From contig DF237382.1 of the NCBI GenBank assembly GCA_000708835.1, positions 14,833-78,832 on the forward strand: DNA of 64,000 nucleotides, in the 5' to 3' direction. Positions 1 to 11,629 of this stretch are shown piece by piece (within the stretch, counting starts at the first letter, position 1; each line of letters starts with the position of its first letter). Made by a program: the position numbers and the translations under genes. The notes under the pieces are model-generated. The model was not told the DNA's origin and ran no database searches. It saw nothing but the letters and a program-made list of their open reading frames with translations. This stretch comes from Klebsormidium nitens. Its lineage: Eukaryota; Plantae; Klebsormidiophyceae.

Positions 1-653
1 TGCTGTCTCTGTACGGGTGAGTTACAAAAGGTCCGTGGGAGCTTGAGAGCATCTTCTTATCCAAAATTACTTGGGCAGTGATCACCCGCGCTCCTGTGTG
101 GCTCGCGGTTGGCATGGACTCGGTCAATCACATTGACATCTGCTTGAAGCAGTGCAGGCATGAAGGAGGCTGTAATACCAGTGCTTTGGAGTTGAGTGCC
201 CCGGACTGATTCAACGACCTTTGTGACCTATTACAGGCGGGGTATGGTAGCTTTGCAGGCCAGTCGTCTATCTTCGAACCGGGTGAGCTTCGTTTGCGTT
301 GTCCCTTACTTTTGTCTCCGATCCTATTCTCGCTGTCATAGTTGAAGCTCTCGTCAACCATTCCTTCATACCATGGTCTTGTTCAAGGCCCTAACCTGAT
401 TTATGTTTGTTAGTTTTTGGGGGTGAGCAGCACGGTCGGGTTGCTGATGGGGTGGGCAATGACGCCCATTCTTTGTTAACGTCAAGCTAGTTTTAAAAGC
501 GGCTCTGACTAGATCTCTGTCCTTTTCTTTCCAGAGGTGAGCAGCACGGTGGGGTTGTTGATGGGGTGGGCCATGACGGCCATTGCTTTCTCTAACCAGT
601 TTGGGTCATCGCTTTGACCAAGCCCTAACCAGATTTCCGCGTGTTCTTCCCAG

Positions 654-1827
654 AGGTGAGCAGCACGGTGGGGTTGTTGATGGGGTGGGCCATGACGGCC
701 ATCTACCTGATGGGCCGCCTGCCCCAGATCCTGCTCAACATCCGGCGCGGCTCCGTCGAGGGCCTCTCCATGTCCATGTTTGTCTTTGCCATCACGGGGA
801 ACGCCACGTACCTGGGCAGGTGAGCTGCTACCCTTAATCCCTTACTCTCGCGTCTGCATATTCACCTTTCGGCCCTCAGCATTCCGATGTTGGAACGAGT
901 TTTAATTTGCTACTCGGCTCTTTCTGTCCCGGGGTCTAACCTGGCTCCTACCCTTGTTCTTTTTCTTAGATGCAAATTGGATGTACTTCTACTTTTGAAC
1001 CTTTCGTGCCCCCATATGGAGCTTCCTACGATCTTATCTACGTGGTTCCTGCCCTGTATGTAACATCAGAGGATGCCCCGCGAATGGGAAGACACAAAGT
1101 CCAGTTTCATGTGTCCTTGTCACAAGTGCTCTGCATTAAGCGACCAGAGGGATAGCATCCTTTCCTGGCCTGTCAGACTGCCTTTGAGCGAAAAACCAAG
1201 GCAGGTGTTGCTCGTGCTAACGAGCTCGAACAGGCTACGGGAGCTCCCTATGCATGTGCTACCTCGTAGAAGCTCAGGTCAATGGTTTGATTGTACGAAC
1301 GGCATCGACTTACAGCAGGCTCTTTCCGATTTCCTTCCGAGACTCTGGGGTTCCTTTTCGCAATAGTTTTCGAGTCTCTGTAATCTCTTCGATTGCTGCG
1401 CCTTGCGAAGTCTTCGTGAGCGGATTGCATTGTTCCCCTCCCAGTGCAAGTGGAGGACGGCTTTACTCTTTGTGCAGCTTGCTCCTACTCGGTGTTCTCA
1501 CTGATTCGTTTAGGTGTACGACTCGTTCCTCGAAGCCTTCAGCAGCATGTAGGGTGTTAAGTAAAGCCGATCGAAGCCTTCAGCAGCATGTATGGTGTTA
1601 AGTAGAGCCGATCGAAACTCTTTGGCTCACTAGAATTGCCTGACGGTATTTCGGGGTCGAGTTGCAGCATTTTGGTACGGAGCGGACCCTGGTCGGAGTT
1701 GGGGCCCAACCTGCCGTGGCTGGTGGACGCCGCTTGTTGCCTTGCCATGGACTTAGTCATCCTCGGACAGTTTGTGTGGTATAAAGCAATCCGCAAGCAG
1801 AGCAACGAGGCTAGCGAAGGAAGCTAA
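654..1827 (+). CDS. PQ-loop repeat membrane protein (PQLC2/Ypq-like vacuolar/lysosomal amino-acid transporter family), 3' part; upstream exons not resolved or outside window
   Basis: Exons 654-819 (cag|AG GTG...GGC AG|gtgagc) and 1668-1827 (gttgcag|C ATT...TAA), phase-compatible. They give ...EVSSTVGLLMGWAMTAIYLMGRLPQILLNIRRGSVEGLSMSMFVFAITGNATYLGSILVRSGPWSELGPNLPWLVDAACCLAMDLVILGQFVWYK..., which contains the PQ-loop motif (RLPQI..N..R.S.EGLS) and a typical C-terminal PWL...D..I..QF helix. A possible upstream exon end lies at 16|17 (gg|gtgagt). Confidence 0.85.
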
Positions 1828-3084
1828 AGTCGGGGCTGTAAGAGCTCGTTCGGCGCACATACTGCATACTTAATGAGAGCAAGCGGGAGGTTGCGCTGTG
1901 TGGCACGCTGACCGGTTCCAATAGTCGAAGATAAAAGTTGAAAGATAGTCAGGTTGCAGCGAGTGTACGCTAGCAATCATGCTAGCTCGGGAAGGTCGTC
2001 GAAGCGGCACTTTGGGTCGAGTCGCTGCTCGTTGCCATAATGGACTGTGGCCAATCAGTTGGAGACATAAGGTTGTGCCATAGCGCATTTTGACCCTAGC
2101 CTAGTAGAGGCAAGATCTTGTGAGAGAGATGTACCCGCACGTGTAGCCATGAGATCTAAGCAGGCATGTAGCTTAGTCTAGTATACGCATCCAGCCTTCC
2201 GCATCGTGGACTATTATATGTCAAATATATAAGGACGCATAAACGAGCCTGGTCTTTCTGCGGGACTGTATCCCAAGAAAGTTAAATTATCGGAGCTACC
2301 ACACTGAACTGGGGCATGCGTCACGTCGTCGGCCAGGGACCAGTAATATCATACTTAGCATGAGCATGCATGCATGTGCCAATTCTTGGTTTTGTTGTCA
2401 TGTAGTATGCAGTTCTTGCGCGCTGTGACTTGCAGTCGATCAATGATTAATGCCAGGATTCCCGGACGCATGACCTGGGTACACATGATGAAATATAGCC
2501 GCACCCGCCCGGGCCAGTGCGCATGGCGTGCAGCATATATCTAGGCGTGCCATCATGATAGCTCAGGCTTTGACTCACATTGAACTTAATTACGGTTTGT
2601 GACGGATCGCTGCAATCTTATATGGGTAGAACATGCATGCGACATAGCAGGGCCGAAATTGTCACAGGCAGCCCATGATTACTGGTACTGCACCCGTAAG
2701 GTAATCAAATCGTGAAAAACCGATTGAAAAGACACCATTCGCTCAAAATCCAGCTATATTTCAACTTACAGCATAACCCGCGCGCAAGATGACGGTGATC
2801 CATGATACCTGTACACTGCCGACCATATGTAGCAATGGTGTAGCATTGTGGCGATTGACCTTGGGTGTCAGCACACAGACTCACACAGCCTTGCACAGCA
2901 GGACTCGAAAACCACATAACCAGTGTATTGCGCGCCCACATTCCTCGTGTGCTTGTGCAAGTGATGATACGAGGGCTGACATTCAAAGCGGTTGTTTGCA
3001 GTCCATGATTGAATCGCAGAAGGGAAGGAAGCCTCAACAGGCACTCAATATTGCGCCTTGGCTGAGGAAGGTCTGTTCACATAT

Positions 3085-5953
3085 CTAGATGTCTTGTACA
3101 TGGAGACCTGCACAAAAAGGAGAATGCTTGATCAGTTTCGGAGTTGGAAGGAGCCTCCAACACCAAATCCCTGTTTTCTTAGAAGTTGCTGGCGATACCC
3201 AAACGTGATCCTCTCATGCTAAAAACAAACTGATCAACCGGTGATCAACCACGGAACGCACTTTTCCAGGGGGGGAGAAAGAGCGTATGAATGCAGAAAG
3301 ATGTCAAAGTACAACACAAGATACAAACGAAGATGGGAGATTCAGTCCTCCTTGGGAGAGCAAAGCAGCCATTAAGGGCCTCGAGCAACTCGAAGCGCCA
3401 GCTAATAATCAGAAACATAGAGAGTATTCAGGAGAGTGCAGGAATTGCAAACATTCCAACAGAATCAGTATACGCAAGGCTGAGAGCAAGCCCGGAAACC
3501 GGCGACTGCTTGTCCAGTCATACAGGCCCCCTAGGCGAGACAAAAAGAGACACTTGCAATTCCGGGAAGAAAACGCAACCTCAGACACGAGAACTTGATG
3601 TTTTCCTAGGGGCCGCAGTGGTTGAGCTTGGCGGCTCTTAAACCCACCGAGCCAAAGAGCACAAGAAAATGACGCACAAAACAAGGGCACACCAACTCGA
3701 TAAGAAAGTTGACGAAAACTTGCCAGAGGCCAGGAGCTCCTGAGCTTGCCAAAAGTAATGTCTAGAATCCCCCCCCTCCCCTCAAAGCAAAGGAGGAGTA
3801 ACCCAATGGCGAGACAAGATGAGCTTGTCGGCCTCAGACCTTGCCTGTGTCCTGCCTCACATACAAATCCACAGAAATATCGCTAGACACCTGGAAACAG
3901 CGATTGACAAAAGCGAACTGAATATCACCTGGGGGCAGCGATTCGTTCAACTTGTCGGCTTTGATATGGTGATCAGAAGGGAGAAGCCCAAAGTGGAAAA
4001 AGAGAAAGAGAAACAGCACTACTGATGCGGGGGCAGCGACTGTTCGACTAATGGGCTTTGAGACCTGAAGCGGGACAGAGACCCACCAAAACAGAATAAC
4101 CAACAGGAGGATTGTAAAAAAAAGGGATTAAAATATACCTGGGGCCAACGACTGCTTGAGCTCAGTGGTCTTTATATCTCGTTAAATCCCACCCCCAATG
4201 AAAGGTGGAGAACCCAGAACGAAGATGAGAAGACGAGAGGAAGACTGACTTTATTGCTCAAACTTGTCGGCGTTGACACCTGCTGCAGTTACAAACTACC
4301 ACCTCCAAGGAAAGAAAGATGCGCAGATGAAAGATAAGGACGACGATTGAACCCCACCTGGGGGCAGCGACTGCTTGAGCTTGTCGGCCTTGATATTGTC
4401 GTCAGAAGGAAGGAACCCAAAGGTAGAAAAAGAGAAAGGAGAAACGCAAACTGGGGGCGGTGACTGCTTGTACTAACGGCTTTGTAACCTAACACAGAAC
4501 CGGGACCGGCAGAACAAAGAGAAACCAGCTTGCAATTTGTGGGAGAAAGAAAAAAACCCTCACCTGGGGGCAGCGACTGCTTGAGCTTGTCGGCCTTGTC
4601 CTGGTCCACGACGGCCAGGGTGTAGAGGTACCGGCTGCACCGCACCTTGAACTTGGTCACATCCCCCGTCTTCTTGATCTTCACCGAGCGTGCATCCTTC
4701 CTCCGGGCCGTCAGGAGGAAGTCCTTGATCTCGTGAATCTGCTTCGGCTGCAGATGAAAGGGCGGCGCACACATCAACTCAGCTTCCGAGAGGGCGTAAC
4801 GCAGAGAATTGGTGGCTGCGGGAAGGAACGTCCTTCAAATCGAGTTCAGCTCCGCTACATTACTGGGGCGGTACACTCTCCCACTGCTCTTGGCTTGGTT
4901 GTCTTGCTTGGTTGTGAGCAGCAGCTGCTTGCCAAGGTAGTTTCAGGCCGATCACAAAGTCTGTTCATTGCTTGAATTCTTCGACTTGGTCATCACTTGG
5001 ATTCTCAAACATTCTTGACCTCCAAGTAAGAGGTTTACTGGTGAACCAGTGCAACTCCACCGAAACACGAGCTCTGCATTCCTCCCCCGATTGCCCGCCT
5101 TCCCCAATTGCCCACACAAATGCGCCTGGGTAACCTGACTACAAGGGGCAGCTCTCTTCTTTCTGATAGCAAAATAGAAGAATTCACCCGTCTATTGACA
5201 TTCCAGTTGCCTTCCTCCGAACCTCCTTCGAGCCAGCACAACCTAGCCCCAACAGAAGTTGCCTGATTGGGCTCAAACCCTTCTACTCGGCGCAGAATGA
5301 GCAGTATGCCCATCGATGGTGACAGAACTCAGTTTTGGCCCCACAGCTAAATTAATGCTTGCTCCGATGCCCTGCCATTCTAGCCAGCCCGAATCCTCCA
5401 GCCCACATAAGCGCTTCTCGTTTTCCATCGACATGGACCCGCTTCTGTGCAATGTCTGCGCATCTTGCAAAGAGAGCTCTCCACTGGCCCAAATCTTCTG
5501 CTATCCTTTCTGCTGTCACACGACCTCTGACAGACCTTTACCAGATTGCCCCTACAGTTCCAACATCTCTGCACTCTATGATGATCCGGGCAACCGTTAC
5601 CAAGGCGCTGGGTCACATGCTAAAGTAAACCCACACTGGCTTATCACCAGATGGTCCAGGTGCAATAGCCCATGCTTCGGCCCAACAAAGACACTTATGC
5701 GGACCAAACTGACAAATGCAAAAATATGCTCCTAAAGGCATCACGTGCATATAGCACACAAAGCCAAAAACACCCGTCTACTCCTCATGATTGTTCATTG
5801 CAGCTCTGCTACCATTCATTCAATCATTGAGAAACTCGGAGCGGCTTCGCACAATCGACGTTGCACCGCAGGCCCTCAAAACACACAAAGTGGTACACAT
5901 GGCCACTTAGAGGTAGCTAAGGCAGACAGGGGAGGAGAGAGGTCTCTTACCAT
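3085..5953 (-). CDS. RPL38: 60S ribosomal protein L38 (eL38), 69 aa
   Basis: Exons 5953-5951 (ATG only, then gtaaga), 4747-4564 (cag|CCG AAG...CCA G|gtgagg) and 3107-3085 (tgcag|GT CTC CAT GTA CAA GAC ATC TAG). Protein [69 protein letters not shown] is an unmistakable eL38. Confidence 0.97.
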
Positions 5954-6019
5954 GGCTGCAGCTTGGAGGAGATCCGCCCCGCAGGCTCCTAGCGATCGCG
6001 CCGATCAACCTGCTTGGCG

Positions 6020-6038
6020 AAAGAGGTAGGAGAAGGGG
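6020..6038 (-). promoter_or_regulatory. Pyrimidine tract (5' TOP-like), likely near the RPL38 transcription start
   Basis: Minus strand reads CCCCTTCTCCTACCTCTTT about 70-85 nt upstream of the RPL38 ATG. Ribosomal-protein mRNAs commonly start in such tracts. The TSS itself is not observable from sequence. Confidence 0.35.
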
Positions 6039-6793
6039 CGCGCAAGAGGCTTCCTTCTCTCCGCGTTACGCTTGGACTCGGGCGCTTGAGAGGTTGAAGT
6101 AGACTTGCGGTAGAGGAAAAGGGTACGTAACGCTTGAATTGCAAACACGGGTGGTAACGGCCAGCTTAGTCGCGGTGGGTGTGGTAATGGTCTTTGTAGG
6201 GTTTTCAAGGGGAACTTAGCATGACCAACATTCTTTGCACACCTCCAATTCCAGCTACGCTGGCAAGCTTTGGCGGCATTTCTGAATCTTGAGCATGGTG
6301 GAATGGCGCATTGGCAAGCACAGCATTCCGTGCTATGTAGAACTGTAGCTCCCTCATGCACAGCTTGATCAGTTCGTTTGCTGCCCTGTTGATGAACTAG
6401 TTGTCTGCTGATCAGGCCAACACGTTGTTGGTCCACTATGGAAGACAGAAGCTTGGCTCCAAGCATCAATGAGACATTTTTCAGCAAGAGCATTGCGGTT
6501 CGTATTGAGCTCTGAACTCCACCAAGCCAATCCAAGTTCGTGAAGAGCTTTGATGATGTGATGCGTGGAAGCAAATGCTCTATGTACAAGCCTCCTGATC
6601 ATTCACTGCACACCACTCACTTGTACTTTGGCGCCGCATAAGGTTTTAAAGCGTGGTTCGTAATCTCAAAGCTCATGCTACTCATAGGGCGCCATCGCCA
6701 GTGAGCTTGTTTACGAGGACTATAAAGCGGCAGCTTTCTCAAAGCAAGGTGGACACATAGAGAGATAGGCGTGCATTTGAGCTGGACGTGCGG

Positions 6794-9700
6794 ATGGCGA
6801 AAGCGGACCCAGACTCGGCGGTGTTCCGGTTGGAGGAAGCAATCGCGAACCTGTGTCAGGAAAGCGATGGGGTAAGGGGGGACGCAAGATGCCATTTGGA
6901 GACAAAGCTCGTTTAAGAAGCAGCTTGCAAGTGCCCTTCCTTGGGATTTTCTTGCGAAAGATCTCAGCTGCAATCGTTATGGTTTGGTGAGATCTATTGC
7001 CACCACTTAGGCAACTGCCTCTTTTCCAAATATTCCAAAAGGCGCAGCTGTAAAGTCCAAGAGACGAATGGGAAGCCCTCATCGAGTGGGTGAATGTATG
7101 TGATGTTTAGACTTCTGTGAATTGTTAAAAGAATGTCCAAGGGAATTGTCGAGCATAAAGTAGCTTTTTCCAATTACACCGATACTTCTGAGACTCGTCA
7201 GCCAATACTTCATCACAAGCTGGGCTTAAATTACAGCTGGCCTCGACAGAAGTCTGCCAGGGCCCCGCAGGCGCACAGTGTTTAAAGTTCTGTCAGTGAA
7301 CCCATTTGAAAGGAATACGCTGCTCACACAAGCCGCAGACTCACACTGTTCACACAGATCGCAGACAGCCACGTTTGGATTGTCTGCTTCATAACTTGCC
7401 TGACGTCTATCCATTACTGCGCAGGACGTCACCCAAAGATGCTCTAGGACCAGTTGCCTCGACTTCCCGCTGGACCAGTTCTGTGGCAGTCTCATCAAAT
7501 GTGTCTGCGTCACCTGCCGCTATGAGTTGCCTGACGAGTGTTTTGAGTCACTCAGAGATGGATATCATATTTCTGGGGGGAGTGGGGGTGAGGGGGCGCA
7601 ATATCAAAGTAGGGATTCCCAATCGTTTATCTTTCTTACGCAGGGCGTCACCCAGAAGATGGTCCAATTACAGTCCAGTTGTAAGTGTTACCTGCCGCTA
7701 AGATCCACCGAACGACTGGTTCGGCTCCAATATCACAGACAGACATTTTTTGATGGAAACAAGCCACAAAGTCACAATCAAACCAAGTTTCCTGAAGTCA
7801 CAAGCAAACCAACTGTCCTGAATATCCTTTTTTTCTGGGCAGGGCGTCACCCAGAAGATGCTCCAGGATGAGCTGCCGGACATTCCGCTCGAGGAGCTGG
7901 GGTCCGCGCTCAATGTGCTGCTGTCGCGGCACCAGCTGCAAATGTACACACAGGCCAGCACGCTCTACTACAAGCCAGTCAACCAGGTGGGTTACCTTGA
8001 CCCGAGATCTGATTGTTGTCCGAGAGTGTGCAGCGCAGAGAAGCAAGCCCATGGTTGGCGTGGTGAACCATCGAACTTTATCTGTCTAAACTTGTCTTGT
8101 GAGGATTTGCTTCTACGTGTGATTCGACCAGATGCCCTTACTCATGTGAGTATCCAGCAGGTCGTCGTTGGCATTGGCTCTCCTGAAATTCATCAGAACC
8201 AGGTAATGACCCTGAATTTCGGGTGGTCTGTCGTGTTGAAGTCCTTATCAATTCCATAGTGCGCTCAGATCCATGCGGCTGCTTATCGTGACTTTTCCCC
8301 TCTGCAGGAGGATCGGGTGCGCTTCCGGGGCCTCGGATCCGAAGAAATGCTGGTTTATCAGATCATCCAGGCGTCGCAAAACATGGGTGAGGCAAGCAAG
8401 ACTGTGCATGAAACTCATCTTCACTTTTGGTTATTCTTTGGGGCGGAGTTTCGCGTCCGGCTAACCTGCTGTGCCCGAAACCCCACCGCCTCGCTTCTGT
8501 CAACATCTTCAAAAAGCTGCCGCTGGTTTGAAGTACTGGCAGCTTCTTGCGGGTCTTGCTAATCAGCTAAGTTAGGAGCTAACTTACGCAGTTGACGATC
8601 ACCAACTCACTTGGTTATACCATAACCTTCCTCCAGGTATCTGGACCCGGGATCTAAAGCTGCGGAGCAATCTGCAGCAGCCGCAGATCACGAAAATTAT
8701 TAAGACGCTCGAGGGGCGGCGGCTGATAAAGGCGGTCAAATCTGTTGCGGTAAGCCACCTATTAACCCCGTCAGAGAATGTGAAAAGCGCTTTCTCAAGT
8801 TTTCGACACAATCGTTTGCCTGCCCAGCTCTCCGAAACGAGTGTCGCACCTGTTACCTGCTATCACTGTCTTCAATCAGGCAGCAGTCTCCAGGTCTGCA
8901 ACTTGTTTGGGGTTCGGAGGAGCATCAGACCAAGGCGAGAACGAATCTCCGAGTTTCTAACGAAGCTCAACGAAGCCAGCTTACACCGTCCTTATCACAG
9001 ATATTACGCCGTCTGGACCTCACGCGGCTGCTTCGCAAAGCAAATAATCCGTGTTTGATAACGCGCCAGAGGAGTGACGATTGGATTGGGTGTATACACA
9101 GCCCGGCTTTCTCTCGTCCAGCACATCTTTTGCTTGTTCCTCACGTTGCTGGGATGTGAACTACCGCGTAATCTTATTTGAATGCATTGGAAACGAGACA
9201 AACTCCGCCCTCCGCAGGACAAAAAAACAGCCAGCGTTACTTGTTGTAGGTTATCAGCCGTCCCGAATCGTCACAACGTCAAGAACGATGCAAATCTCAA
9301 ACTTAAAGAAGTCGATCGTTCTCGCTCCCGCGGGGCACAGCAAGATTCAAGTGAACTGTCCATGCTCCACGATATTCCTGCGCCCCACCATCAGACGCTC
9401 GGACTCTCCACAGAAAATAGATAAACCCCTCATAATCTCGTCAAAGTCCCGTCAAGATCCTAACCCAAATCCTCTCTGCGCAGAGCAAGAACCGCAAGGT
9501 ATACATGCTGTACGAGATCGAGCCGTCGCGCGAGATCACGGGCGGAGCTTGGTACACGGAACAGGAATTTGACGCGGAGTTCATCGGAGTGCTGCGCGAG
9601 GCCGTCAAAAAGTTCGTGGAGAACCAGGGAAAGGTCACGCTGGAGGAGATTGCGGCGTTCGTCAAGTCGTCGGGCGCGACCAAGGTGGGGAGGAAAAGGA

Positions 9701-11629
9701 TTCCTCATCCTTGCTTCCATATTCCATTACCTATTTCATGCACTGTAGGAATCCACTTGTTTTAGACCTGAGCAAGAGTCCTGAAAGTCTTGATATTGAG
9801 AGTCCTTTTAGAACCTTGCTAATCCAAATCCTGCTCCAAATCCTGCTCGTCAGATCAGATTCTCGTGAAGTCGGATTCTCTCTAAGGCACCACTTTTGGC
9901 TTCTCGGCGACTTCCGTTCAGCAGCGCTCTTTGGGCGTCACAGTGGACCGTTCACTCTCGAATCGCACCCTCACGCGACTCACTCTGTCGAGCTCATCTT
10001 CCGAATGTCTTTGGAGAAGGTCTTCAATGGATCGTAAGCAGTGTTTTCCCACACATGTTGCCACGTCATGCTCTGATGTCAGGCCCTTTCGGCCAGGTCG
10101 ATCCCGACTCAAAAACTACAAGCAAGTGGCGAACACGCTAACACTCGATTGGCGAGATCAAGGAATAGGAAGACTATATTTTTCAGCGCAGCATTGTCCC
10201 ACGTCACTTTCTGACGTCAGCCCCGTTCTCCCAGGTCGATCTCCAATTGGAGGACTACCAGCAAGTGGCGAACACGAAACAAGGTAGAATGCGATCGTCG
10301 AAGTCAAAAGAAGTAACCATTTTTCGGCTCCGCACTTTGCCACGTCACGTTCTGACGTAAGCCCCCTTTTCCCAGGTCGACCTCCGACTGGAAGACTACC
10401 AGCAGGTGGCGAACACGCTGGTATAGAATCTGCGACATCAGGAATCATAGTGTCCTCTTTTTTCCAGCCCAGCATTGTTCACGTCACGTTCTGACGTCAG
10501 CCCCGTTCTCCCAGGTCGACCTCCGACTGGAAGACTACCAGCAAGTGGCGAACACGCTGGTATACGACGGCGAAGTGGAAGAGATTTCGGAGTTCGACCC
10601 CGACGAGGACGCAGACACGACGTTCTATCGGATGTCGCCCATGAGCGTCCCCGAGACAAACGCTTTCACGTCGATACCATGCGGAGTGTGCCCGGTGAGA
10701 CCTCCCCCGGCCGCTTTTTCTTCTTCCTTTCCTCCTTTTTCCATTTTATTTTGTGGGCGCGGACGGCCGGGCACGTTCGCCAGACGAACGCATTCACATC
10801 GATACCGCGCGGGGTGTGCCCGGTATGGGATCCCCTATGCGCTTCCTTTATACATCTGTTCGTTTTTCCTCTTTTCTTTTGGCTTTTCTCCTCGGTTGCG
10901 GCCGATTGGCAGCATCCTCTGCTTGAGGGTCCCTTCGGAGTGTGCCCGACGAGGTTTTTGCGGGCGATTACTTTGCTCGAGGTTCCCGCTGAGGACTCTT
11001 CTTGGACTCTGTGCCGAGCGGAAACGGAGGCGGTGGGTTATCACGGCCCCGAACGTGGTCGTAACAATCGCTCACGTTGCACACTTTTGGAATAGGTTTG
11101 AATAAGCAAAATCGAGGTCTGCAGCCGCCTGTTGGTGCTCGGGCGCCCCTCAGAGCTGCGCAATAGCACCGAACATCTACTTTCGTTCATTCTTAGAAAC
11201 CTGATGCCGTCTCAAGCACAGGAAATGAAGACTTCGGGGCCCTTCATTTTGTTTGTGGCGCCTTTCGCTTCCTTTACCAAACCACTGTCTTGATATGTTT
11301 TGCCGGATAACCTAGTCTACCCACCTATACTAGATATTCTCAGGTGATACTTTCTGCCCCGCTCGCGGCCACCAGAGCCCACCTTATCTATTCTATCGGC
11401 ACAGCACGCGTCACAGAAGCAAACATTGGATCGTCCAGAGCAGCATTGCCCCGGCTCTGGACCGCTTTTCGGCTAGCCGACGTTGTTTTTATAAATTCTT
11501 GAAGCGATGCGTGGGCTTTTTACTCGTCTGACAATTGCTCGGGTTTTCTAGGTGTTGCACGAATGCTCGGACGACGGCCTGATATCCCCTGCAACCTGCG
11601 TCTACTATCAAGAATGGCTGCAGTTCTGA
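6794..11629 (+). CDS. POLR3F: DNA-directed RNA polymerase III subunit RPC6 (RPC34/RPC39), ~290 aa
   Basis: Exons 6794-6871, 7843-7986, 8308-8386, 8637-8749, 9484-9684, 10515-10694, 11552-11629, all GT-AG and phase-consistent. Motifs: EEMLVYQIIQASQNMGIWTRDLK, LIKAVKSVASKNRKVYMLYEIEPSREITGGAWY, and the C-terminal Cys cluster PCGVCPVLHECSDDGLISPATCVYYQEWLQF (Fe-S ligands of RPC6). Confidence 0.95.

Noticed and set aside
2330-2660. GCATGC-rich patches (also ~21980-22140, ~33380-33560, ~51380-51660) hinting at a shared small TE
   Set aside because: Matches are too short and scattered to support homology by eye.
10060-10565. Repeat-spacer-like array resembling CRISPR
   Set aside because: Eukaryotic intron; the repeats are copies of the adjacent splice junction, ~80 bp long and divergent; no cas genes.
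10475-11105. 186-206 aa ORFs after the POLR3F array
   Set aside because: One is exon 6 reading into intron; the other is an alternate frame. The spliced model with the 11552-11629 exon gives the canonical RPC6 C-terminus.
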